From: Treponema sp.
GTDB lineage: Bacteria > Spirochaetota > Spirochaetia > Treponematales > Treponemataceae
Assembly: GCA_052169915.1 (NCBI GenBank)
Contig: JBQNBN010000003.1
Coordinates: 3,441 to 67,440, forward strand
Direction: 5' to 3'
Length of the DNA: 64,000 nt
The translations under genes were made by a program, and so were the position numbers. Shown piece by piece: positions 30,099 to 37,527 of the stretch; positions within the stretch are counted from its first letter, which is position 1; every line of letters begins with the position of its first letter. The notes under the pieces were generated by a model, which was not told where the DNA came from, ran no database searches, and saw nothing but the letters and a program-made list of their open reading frames with translations.

Positions 30099-30845
30099 CT
30101 ATTTCAGCACAATCATATCTTTATCGCCGAACCAAGCCTCTAAATCAGAAGCAAGCATACGCGGCTCATATATTTTGACTAAACCTTCCATAGATTGCGT
30201 TTGATGCTCGAATAAACACAATATCACTTGTTTCCCATGCTTGATGACGACAGCCGATAATTTGGGATTGCATCTTAACCGGTGCAGGCATTTTTCGTTT
30301 TTGAAAAAGTCAATAACCGTTTCCGCAGTCAATTCATCAACTTCTTCTACCGGTGCAATACCAAGCTTATGCATCTCATCGGATTTTTCAGACAGCGCAT
30401 TTATCAATACCGCTTCGTTTTCCTCACCGTCAGTCTTGAAAATGCCGCCGACTGCCGAAACAAACAGCGCTAACATTCCAGCTGCAACATTTACCTGAAA
30501 CGATTCGGATTCGCCGGTTTTACACCACAATGCAAAGTGCTCGCAATTATTGGTTACAAGGTTGTATTGCCGCTCTCCAATCCGAGAACGCGCCCGCGCA
30601 ACAGTTTCGTCAGGACTATACACGGTATGAGTATTCATAAATGCATCGCTGAACCGTCCGACAATAATTTCATTCTTCTGTGCAAATTGTTCAAGAGGCG
30701 CTTCGTGAATGCAAATATCATCGCCGAAATCTCCGTTTAATGCCGCGTAATGAATAACCGTCCCGTTTCCTGCATAAATACCGTAATATTTGTAAAGTAT
30801 GCGGTTTACAATCAAAATATCGCCGCGCCGTAGGGCAGTCCTCAT
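30099..30845 (-). CDS. LRAT/PLAAT-type NlpC-P60 superfamily protein + TM helix + shared C-terminal module
   Basis: 248 aa with GDILIVNR..YKYYGIYAGNGTVIHYA...NCEHFALWCKTG (permuted His...Cys order). A TM helix (VAAGMLALFVSAVGGIF) follows, and the tail ends FGDKDMIVLK. Confidence 0.8.
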   Translation of the reverse strand: MRTALRRGDILIVNRILYKYYGIYAGNGTVIHYAALNGDFGDDICIHEAPLEQFAQKNEIIVGRFSDAFMNTHTVYSPDETVARARSRIGERQYNLVTNNCEHFALWCKTGESESFQVNVAAGMLALFVSAVGGIFKTDGEENEAVLINALSEKSDEMHKLGIAPVEEVDELTAETVIDFFKNEKCLHRLRCNPKLSAVVIKHGKQVILCLFEHQTQSMEGLVKIYEPRMLASDLEAWFGDKDMIVLK

Positions 30846-30913
30846 AGTAAATCCTCAAATAGAAATGGATGCGGCAGCGGCCGATTATAGGCGGCATCTC
30901 GCACCCGCTTTTA

Positions 30914-31255
30914 TCAGTTTAAAACAATCATCGGTTTATCGCCGAACATAGTTTTTAAGTCTTCTGCCATCGACGTAAATCGATAAGAAACAAATTCTTC
31001 CTCCACGCGGTTTTCTTCTTTATTGAAGCAAGCCAACGTAATAATATTCTTAGTACTGCCTTTGACGGCAACCGCCAAAAGATTTGTGTTTTGCTTGAGT
31101 TTCTGCAAAACCTCGGGGCGTTTAAAAAACGTAATGACCGTTTCAGCGGAAAGAACATCAATGACGATAGGCTGCAATGCGCCTTTCGTCCCTTTGAAAA
31201 AAATTATTGCGCCGACGCTGATAATAACAATACCGATAATGATTGCGATATACAC
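30914..31255 (-). CDS. Small membrane protein with shared C-terminal module
   Basis: 113 aa with a GTG start and an AAGGAGG RBS. It has an N-terminal TM helix (YIAIIIGIVIISVGAIIFF), and the tail ends FGDKPMIVLN. Confidence 0.65.
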   Translation of the reverse strand: MYIAIIIGIVIISVGAIIFFKGTKGALQPIVIDVLSAETVITFFKRPEVLQKLKQNTNLLAVAVKGSTKNIITLACFNKEENRVEEEFVSYRFTSMAEDLKTMFGDKPMIVLN

Positions 31256-31265
31256 ATATACCTCC

Positions 31266-31604
31266 TTAGGTCAAAACAATCATCGCTTTATCGCCGAAAT
31301 TCTGACGGGTTTCGGCATCAAGCTCTTCCGCCTCAATACCTTGCGCGTCTTCTTCCATATCAACGACTTCGCCGGTTGCTTTATTAAAAAGACAGTTAAT
31401 CGTATTAAAATTTCCGTTATCGAGATTGTCTTTTACTACAGCAGCAATTATGTCCTTATTCTGTTGTAATTTCCGCAGCCGGTTCGGATCTTTAAAAAAG
31501 CTTACAATGTGAGTAAAAAATTGCAGCACCTTATGAAAAATATGCTTTATATAATTCCATATCCCTCGTACGATTTTGACAATCGCATCTATAACAAATC
31601 CCAT
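31266..31604 (-). CDS. Small protein (amphipathic N-helix) with shared C-terminal module
   Basis: 112 aa with a GAGGAG RBS inside the stop region of the upstream gene. The tail ends FGDKAMIVLT. Confidence 0.65.
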   Translation of the reverse strand: MGFVIDAIVKIVRGIWNYIKHIFHKVLQFFTHIVSFFKDPNRLRKLQQNKDIIAAVVKDNLDNGNFNTINCLFNKATGEVVDMEEDAQGIEAEELDAETRQNFGDKAMIVLT

Positions 31605-31614
31605 TGTATTCTCC

Positions 31615-32151
31615 TCATTTTAAAAGCAGCATGTTTTTATCCGCTAATTGCGCTTTAAGGTCTGCATCAAGGGTCTTTGCATAAAAAATTTTATGCGCTT
31701 CCGAGCCGTCTAAAATCGGTTTATTGTCCTTATTAAGAAAGAATAAATTATATTCCTTTATTCCGTCCACACGCTGAGAATCATGATCCGTTTTTTTAGG
31801 AACTAAAAAACAAACTGCGCTATGGCTGTTTTGATTAAAATGCCGTTTACTCCACGCAATAAGCGACTCAAACGTAATAATCTCAACCGTTTCTTCTTCT
31901 ACATTCCATGCCATTGTGAGCAATGCACTGATGCCGCCCATCTCTTTGATAGCCGTTTGGTATTCTCCAACTTTATCAGAAAAGGGTTTCAGCATATCGA
32001 GCAAAATCTTCTTAAAGTTTTTTGCGACTTCATCGATGTTCAAGTCATCAATACCAGTTTTGCGAGTCGCTTTGCCGATGCTTTCTTTCGCTATCTTTTC
32101 CAGTTGCTCTTTTAGATTGAGTTCATCATCTACCGTGTCTTTTAAACTCAT
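31615..32151 (-). CDS. Helical-domain protein with divergent copy of shared C-terminal module
   Basis: 178 aa with an ATGA start/stop overlap with the AAA ATPase gene. The tail ends LADKNMLLLK. Confidence 0.65.
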   Translation of the reverse strand: MSLKDTVDDELNLKEQLEKIAKESIGKATRKTGIDDLNIDEVAKNFKKILLDMLKPFSDKVGEYQTAIKEMGGISALLTMAWNVEEETVEIITFESLIAWSKRHFNQNSHSAVCFLVPKKTDHDSQRVDGIKEYNLFFLNKDNKPILDGSEAHKIFYAKTLDADLKAQLADKNMLLLK

Positions 32152-33461
32152 TTTTGTTCCTCCTCCTGAGTTTTTTGTTGATCGGTTTCTTTTACTACAT
32201 TGTAGTTTTTTGTTTCGATATTCTGTTTTATGTCTGCGCTTAAGCTTTTTCTCCGTTCCTCCTTTTTGAGTTTTATCTCGTCCCGTTTATTTTTATCCTC
32301 TGTGAATACTGCAGTAAACAATTCCGGTGTAAGCTTTTGCTCCTCGGAAGTTGCGGCTTTAATGAGCGTATTCAACACAAGATTTTTTAATTCACGCGGT
32401 GCGAGCTCTTCAGATAAGTCGCCCAACGTATTCCAAAATTCCTCTCCCGCCTGATCTTTATCAAATGGAGCTTTTGAAGGAATATGCTTTTTGATTATTT
32501 CAATGCGTAGGTTTTTATCGGGCAGCCTAAATTGAATGTGCTTGAGTATTCTGCTTTCAAATGCTGAGTCATAATTTTCTTTTAAGTTAGTAGCAAAGAT
32601 CGTAATGACATCGTAGGTTTCAAGGAGAATAAGCATTTGGCTGCGCAGCGAGTTAATAGCTTGATCGGAACTGGATGCGACATTGGTAATCCGTTTACCT
32701 AAAAAAGAATCCGCTTCGTCAAAAAATAAGACAGCTCCCGTTTCTTTTGCTTTTTTAAAAGCGGCAACTAAATTCTTTGGAGCATCGCCGACAAATTTTG
32801 ATTCAATGTCGGAATAGTTCAGCGGTAAAAACGGCATTCCTAATTCTTTTACAATGGCATGAGCAGCCATTGTTTTACCGGTTCCCGGCGGTCCATAAAA
32901 GTTGACTACTGAACGAGCAACAGGGTCAATTTCGGAAAAGCCCCATTCGTTGTAAATTAAATCCCGCTTTTTAATCAGCGTGATAACACTGTTTAATTCC
33001 GCGGCAATTTCTACTGGCAGTATGAGCTGCGAAAGTGAATAACGCGGTGTAACCGGCTCTACGTTTAAACGTACTTCATCATCTTGCGGTTTTTCTTTTT
33101 TTTCATCCACAGTATGTTCCTTTTTCGGTTTCTTTTGCGGATCGCCTATAATCCGTATTGTGATGCGGTGTTTTTCCATTTCAGTACGGTATTTTTTTAC
33201 CGAACAGTCCGCCATTGCCATAAATACCGACCATTTAATGTCGGTATTACTACTTTTCTTGCTTTTATCGTACAGAATACATGCAAAATACGTGCTTTCA
33301 TCCCAATCAGGTTCTCCGTAGGAAAAAGTACATTCGACTGCCTCTATATCCCCGACAGCGCTTTCAAGTTTTTGCACATATTGTGTGTATAGTTCTTCTG
33401 AAAGAGCTTCGATAAAAGCAAAATCTTCTTTTTTATTACGATGATTAATAGTAAAGTTCAT
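32148..33461 (-). CDS. Classical-clade AAA ATPase with unrecognised N-terminal domain
   Basis: 437 aa with Walker A GPPGTGKT, Walker B LFFDEAD, sensor-1 FATN and the second region of homology (NYDSAFESRI). The ~190-aa N-domain and the Lys/Glu-rich tail are not recognised. Confidence 0.9.
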   Translation of the reverse strand: MNFTINHRNKKEDFAFIEALSEELYTQYVQKLESAVGDIEAVECTFSYGEPDWDESTYFACILYDKSKKSSNTDIKWSVFMAMADCSVKKYRTEMEKHRITIRIIGDPQKKPKKEHTVDEKKEKPQDDEVRLNVEPVTPRYSLSQLILPVEIAAELNSVITLIKKRDLIYNEWGFSEIDPVARSVVNFYGPPGTGKTMAAHAIVKELGMPFLPLNYSDIESKFVGDAPKNLVAAFKKAKETGAVLFFDEADSFLGKRITNVASSSDQAINSLRSQMLILLETYDVITIFATNLKENYDSAFESRILKHIQFRLPDKNLRIEIIKKHIPSKAPFDKDQAGEEFWNTLGDLSEELAPRELKNLVLNTLIKAATSEEQKLTPELFTAVFTEDKNKRDEIKLKKEERRKSLSADIKQNIETKNYNVVKETDQQKTQEEEQK

Positions 33462-33472
33462 GCAAGAATTCC

Positions 33473-34063
33473 TTATGCTATTAAAGAAATTTCTCTGCCC
33501 TCGTAGATTTCATTCTCATCCACTTCTTCTGCTGAAAATTCTACTTCATCTATAAGCCCTTCAGCATCATGTAAACCGACCTTCACCGTCTTATAACCGT
33601 CCTTAGTTTTCAAACATTTCAAAATTTTTGCGTTCAGCGCTTTTCTCTTTAGTTCCGCTTGTTTCTTTTTTAGTTCTTCTTTTAATTTTTTAAGGTCTAA
33701 GCGCTTAATAATCGCATATGCGACACCGGCAGCACCGGCGGCAATTCCCAATTTTACTAATTGAGAAAAGACCATTCCGACGACACCGACATCATCCAAT
33801 AATCCAGCAATCGGAATAATATCCGGTACTATATCAAGCGGACTGACAATATAAATTAACCCGCCGATAATAATGGCTTTCATGTATGCAGGAGTAGACG
33901 GCGAATTAAACGCTTTCCACATTGCTTGAATCTTGTTCCAAACGGCAGCAAGCGGACCTTTATTCATCGAATCAAGTTTCTTCGACACATTATCGATGTC
34001 AGCTTGGCTGGCATTTTTTCCCATTTTCTCTGCCATTGACTGGGCTTTTTCCTCATCAGTCAT
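33473..34063 (-). CDS. DUF1232 (YkvA-like) membrane protein with coiled coil and short C-terminal module-like tail
   Basis: SPLDIVPDIIPIAGLLDDVG is the DUF1232 hallmark. The start is chosen at MTDEEKAQ, which has an AAGGAG RBS, rather than at the upstream ORF-track start. Confidence 0.8.
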   Translation of the reverse strand: MTDEEKAQSMAEKMGKNASQADIDNVSKKLDSMNKGPLAAVWNKIQAMWKAFNSPSTPAYMKAIIIGGLIYIVSPLDIVPDIIPIAGLLDDVGVVGMVFSQLVKLGIAAGAAGVAYAIIKRLDLKKLKEELKKKQAELKRKALNAKILKCLKTKDGYKTVKVGLHDAEGLIDEVEFSAEEVDENEIYEGREISLIA

Positions 34064-34124
34064 AAAAACTCCTTGCCGCCGTGCGGCGAATGTTTTGTCC
34101 GTATGCGTTCCGCATCGCATTCGG

Positions 34125-34240
34125 TATTACAGTGAGAATTCCTGCCGAATTCCGCTTAAAACAACTGTATTGCCGTTAGTACAACTGTATATCAGTTGAT
34201 TTTCAATTGTAATACAGTTGTTTTTACGCTTAATACAGTG
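34125..34240. promoter_or_regulatory. Divergent promoter/operator region with repeated ACAACTGTAT / ATACAGTTGT motifs
   Basis: ACAACTGTAT occurs at 34161-34170 and 34181-34190, with its reverse complement at 34212-34221. A CAACTG-N5-CAGTTG palindrome lies at 34182-34198, and partial copies at 34125-34134 and 34231-34240. Confidence 0.45.
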
Positions 34241-34275
34241 ATTTAATTCGCACACAAAACAAGTACGCTTTGTCC

Positions 34276-34587
34276 ATGACGCGCATTCAAGAACTTTTTA
34301 TCGCAAATCTGCGTTTTTACCGGACGCAAAACGGCTTTTCCCAACTTTCGTTTTCCGAAGCAATCGACATCAGTCCGAATTATTTGAACGCAGTCGAAAA
34401 CGGAAAGAATTTTCCGTCGCTGGAAGTGCTGCAAAACATCACCGAGACGCTTAAAATCATGCCCTACCAACTTTTTTTAGAAATTCCCGTCATGCAAAAC
34501 GACTTTTCACCGGTGTCAAAGCAAACGTTAATCGAACTCAAACAAAAAATATGCGGATTGATTGATTCGGAATTGGAAAAAAGTTGA
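34276..34587 (+). CDS. XRE-family helix-turn-helix regulator
   Basis: Reads MTRIQELFIANLRFYRTQNGFSQLSFSEAIDISPNYLNAVENGKNFPSLEVLQNI, a Cro/C1-type HTH. It is divergent from the AAA operon. Confidence 0.8.
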   Translation: MTRIQELFIANLRFYRTQNGFSQLSFSEAIDISPNYLNAVENGKNFPSLEVLQNITETLKIMPYQLFLEIPVMQNDFSPVSKQTLIELKQKICGLIDSELEKS

Positions 34588-34646
34588 CTGGAAAAGCGAG
34601 CTGTGCACGTTACAGCCGCACTCCTTTTTCAGAAAAATAAATACTC

Positions 34647-34675
34647 TTGACTATAAAGCTTCTTTTTGATATTGT
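34647..34675 (+). promoter_or_regulatory. Sigma-70-type promoter for tRNA-Val
   Basis: TTGACT, a 17-nt spacer, then TATTGT. The tRNA 5' end lies 11 nt downstream. Confidence 0.55.
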
Positions 34676-34686
34676 ACAAATATCTT

Positions 34687-34760
34687 GCGCGACTAGCTCA
34701 GTTGGTTAGAGTACAAGCATGACACGCTTGGGGTCTCTGGTTCGATTCCAGAGTTGCGCA
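34687..34760 (+). tRNA. tRNA-Val (GAC)
   Basis: GCGCGACUAGCUCAGUUGGUUAGAGUACAAGCAUGACACGCUUGGGGUCUCUGGUUCGAUUCCAGAGUUGCGCA folds as a cloverleaf with anticodon loop AUGACAC. Confidence 0.92.
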
Positions 34761-34761
34761 C

Positions 34762-34794
34762 AAAAAACTGCGTTCAAACGGACGCAGTTTTTTT
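34762..34794 (+). terminator. Rho-independent terminator after tRNA-Val
   Basis: CTGCGT-loop-ACGCAG stem (34768-34787) followed by T7. Confidence 0.75.
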
Positions 34795-34918
34795 ATTTAC
34801 GGGGAGTTTATCGAGGGCAAAACAGTCGTACTGACGGAAAACTCAGCGTTCACGTGGGCGGGACTGCAAAACGCCATTTGCTACGAGTTTTCACATTAGA
34901 GTTCATGAGAGCAGTTAC

Positions 34919-35182
34919 AGGCGGCAGAAAACAAAGCGTGAAAGACACTATGGAGTTTGAAAGATACAGCTATGTACCGCTCTCACGAGTTTCGCGGATG
35001 GGGAGAACTTTATTTAGAAGATTTAACATTGTTTCCCATCCGCACGAGTTTTGCATTAGCAAAACTCGCGGAAAATGTTTCCTTGATATTCTCTTTTATC
35101 GACTAAACCAAGCATTCTTGATGTTGGCTTCATTAAAACAACCCGCCGCAAGAAAATACTCGCTTCCTGCAGCCGCCCGCCT
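34919..35182. repeat. Two copies (opposite orientation) of the dispersed two-hairpin intergenic repeat
   Basis: GGCGGCAGAAAAC...GAGTTTGAAAGAT...CACGAGTTTCGCGG is the reverse copy. The forward copy is CGAGTTTTGC-ATTA-GCAAAACTCG (35045-35068) ... GCAGCCGCCCGCC. Coordinates are approximate. Confidence 0.5.
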
Positions 35183-35226
35183 ACCCCTCATTTATTTTTT
35201 CCCGTCTTTTGTGTATTCTCACCGTC

Positions 35227-36171
35227 ATGCAGGAACAAAACACAATCATCGCGGACGGGAACACGTCTGGTGTAGTCGGCAGCGGAAAGAAAAATGCGCT
35301 TGTTGCGCTGCTCGGTCGTCCTTCCGCCGGAAAATCCACTTTTTTGAATACCGCGTGTCAGGAGCCGGTTTCCATTGTGTCGCCGATACCGCAGACGACG
35401 CGCAATGCGGTGCGCGGCATCGTCAACACGTCGTTCGGGCAGCTCGTTTTTGTCGACACGCCGGGCTATCACGACTCCGACAAAAAACTCAATCTCCGCC
35501 TCCGCGCCCTCACCGAAGACGCGCTTGAAGGCGCGGACGCCGTTCTTTACATCATGGATTCGACGCGCCCGGCAGGACAGGAAGAAATGCTGACGGCAAC
35601 TCTTGCTGCGCGTTACGAAAGTCGACTGGTTGCGGCAATCAACAAAATCGACGCGAAAGGAGCAGACGCACAAGGCGCGCGTTCGTTTTTAAGAAGCGTT
35701 TTTCCCGCTCTTTCCGACGATCGCATTTTGGAAATGTCCGCGCTCAAAGACGACGGCATAAACGAGGTTCTCAAAGCCTTGTATGCCCTTTCGCCGGAGC
35801 AGCCCCCGCTGTACGAAGAAGATTTATACACCGACCAGAGCATTGAGTTTCGGGCTGCGGAAGTTATCCGGGGGGAAGCGGTCAACCGCCTTTCCGACGA
35901 AATTCCGCACTGTCTCTACGTTAAAGTCGCCGATCTTGAAAAACGGAGCGAAACGAAATTGTGGGTACGCGCGTTTTTGTGCGTGGAAAGAGAAAGTCAA
36001 AAAGGAATTGCGATTGGAAAAAACGCCGCGATGATAAAGGAAATCCGCACAGCGGCAGAGCGCGCTCTTAACGGCATTTTCCCGTACAAGGTGCAGCTTG
36101 ACCTGCAGGTCAAAGTCGACAAAAACTGGCGGCAGCGCGATTCCGTCTTGAACAAAATTATTCCAAATTAA
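35227..36171 (+). CDS. era: GTPase Era
   Basis: G1 GRPSAGKST, G3 DTPG and G4 NKID, with a C-terminal KH domain (RAFLCVERESQKGIAIGKNAAMIKEI). The start is at MQEQ. Confidence 0.9.
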   Translation: MQEQNTIIADGNTSGVVGSGKKNALVALLGRPSAGKSTFLNTACQEPVSIVSPIPQTTRNAVRGIVNTSFGQLVFVDTPGYHDSDKKLNLRLRALTEDALEGADAVLYIMDSTRPAGQEEMLTATLAARYESRLVAAINKIDAKGADAQGARSFLRSVFPALSDDRILEMSALKDDGINEVLKALYALSPEQPPLYEEDLYTDQSIEFRAAEVIRGEAVNRLSDEIPHCLYVKVADLEKRSETKLWVRAFLCVERESQKGIAIGKNAAMIKEIRTAAERALNGIFPYKVQLDLQVKVDKNWRQRDSVLNKIIPN

Positions 36172-36252
36172 ACATTCCATAATTACCAATTCCAAATCAC
36201 CCCAATCCCCCATTCGATTGTATAAACGGCGCAATATGGCTATAATTATTGC

Positions 36253-37518
36253 ATGAAGTATGTCTTAATTGTTGATGCTTCTCCGACTTTTTTAGAGTTT
36301 CTGAAAGATAAGCTGGAAGAAGAGCAGATTGAAGTAACCGCGGTGCAGGGAAAAAGAGATGCGCTGACTAAGCTGATTTCCATTTTGCCTGACTTGATGA
36401 TTCTTGACATAAACGAAGAGGGAGATTTTATCGGACTTGTTGAGTTTCTTGAAAACGTAAGCAAAGATCCCAATGCCCGAAACGTTCCTATCATTGCAGC
36501 AGGTCCCATTCGGAGCAGAGATGAAATAACGATACTTGCCAAATACGGAATCGTTAAATATTTTGTCAAGCCGATAAAGTTCGACATATTTTTTGAATCG
36601 GTGGGGCACTTTTTACGTACCGCATTTTCAATGGACGTAACGCCGTGCGTTCTTGACCTGCACAAAAACGGCAATCTGATTTTTATTGAGATTGCGCAGG
36701 GCTTAAACCGTGAAAAAATCCAGCTGATGAAGTACAAAATCAGCGAGATGATAGAAAATGACGAAGCGGCTCCCAAAATAATTTTAATGTTGTCAAATCT
36801 TGAACTCACCTTTATCGACGGACTGAATATCGAGTTTTTACTGGACAATGTTCTTGCAAACCGCAAAATCCAGCCGAAAAACATTAAAATTCTTTCGCTC
36901 AGCACATTTGTAAAGGAATTGATAGCGGGGCACGAATTGTACAACGGCATTGAAGTCGTTTCAGACGTTTCCGATATTCTCAATTCCGTCGTTGACAGCA
37001 CAAAAACCTCGCACGTGCCGGATCTTATTTCCGACAATATTCTCGTTTCGGCGGAAGATGAAGCGGAAGAACAGTCTTCTATAGAAATGCGTTTTGCCTC
37101 CGACGTCTGCATTATCAATCAAAAACCGAAAGAAGAAAGGAAAGAGGAGCAAAAACCTGCCGTAGGATTGGTAGACGACGATTCGGTTGTAACGCGGCTT
37201 TTGACCGCAGCCTTTGAAACCGAAGGTTTTGACTGCCGCTCGTATCCGTCCGGCACGGAATTCCTTGCCGAATACAATAAGTATAAATACGACATTATCG
37301 TGCTCGATATTTTTATGCCGGGAATTTCCGGTTTTGATACGCTCAAGCGCCTTAAAACGCTGCAAGACTGTCCGCCTGTTATCGTCTATTCGCAGGCGGT
37401 TGACCGCGATATGATTACTCAGATTCTTTCGCTTGGAGCAAAGCAGTACATCGTAAAGCCGCAGAAGCCTGAAAATATCGTGCAAAAAGCGCTTGAAATT
37501 TTAAATGCAGGGCAATAA
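36253..37518 (+). CDS. Response regulator with two receiver domains (REC-REC)
   Basis: 421 aa with an N-terminal REC-like domain (ILIVDASP...DLMILDI). The C-terminal CheY-like REC reads VGLVDDDSVV...DIIVLDIFMPGISG...KQYIVKP. Confidence 0.8.
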   Translation: MKYVLIVDASPTFLEFLKDKLEEEQIEVTAVQGKRDALTKLISILPDLMILDINEEGDFIGLVEFLENVSKDPNARNVPIIAAGPIRSRDEITILAKYGIVKYFVKPIKFDIFFESVGHFLRTAFSMDVTPCVLDLHKNGNLIFIEIAQGLNREKIQLMKYKISEMIENDEAAPKIILMLSNLELTFIDGLNIEFLLDNVLANRKIQPKNIKILSLSTFVKELIAGHELYNGIEVVSDVSDILNSVVDSTKTSHVPDLISDNILVSAEDEAEEQSSIEMRFASDVCIINQKPKEERKEEQKPAVGLVDDDSVVTRLLTAAFETEGFDCRSYPSGTEFLAEYNKYKYDIIVLDIFMPGISGFDTLKRLKTLQDCPPVIVYSQAVDRDMITQILSLGAKQYIVKPQKPENIVQKALEILNAGQ

Positions 37519-37527
37519 CGGTCAAAA

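Noticed and set aside
30109-31299. Recurring ~24-nt plus-strand motif ACAATCAT..TTTATCGCCGAA at 30109-30132, 30924-30947 and 31276-31299.
   Set aside because: It is the reverse complement of the conserved codons for FGDKxMIV at the 3' ends of three paralogous genes. This is coding conservation, not a non-coding repeat.
29252-34800. Prophage or integrative element at tRNA-Val.
   Set aside because: No integrase, recombinase, capsid, terminase or transfer genes were seen, and I could find no direct repeat of the tRNA 3' end. Only the position next to the tRNA, the AT-rich composition and the flanking remnants support acquisition.
34719-35673. 269-aa plus-strand ORF and 161-aa minus-strand ORF spanning the tRNA-Val 3' end, the intergenic repeats and the start of era.
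   Set aside because: The region is explained by the tRNA, its terminator, two dispersed repeat copies and era (G1-G4 motifs in another frame). The translations are Arg-rich with no features.
36246-37118. 290-aa minus-strand ORF antisense to the REC-REC regulator gene.
   Set aside because: It is Ser/Ile-rich with no recognisable motifs or RBS, while the plus-strand frame has clear receiver-domain signatures. It is a shadow ORF.
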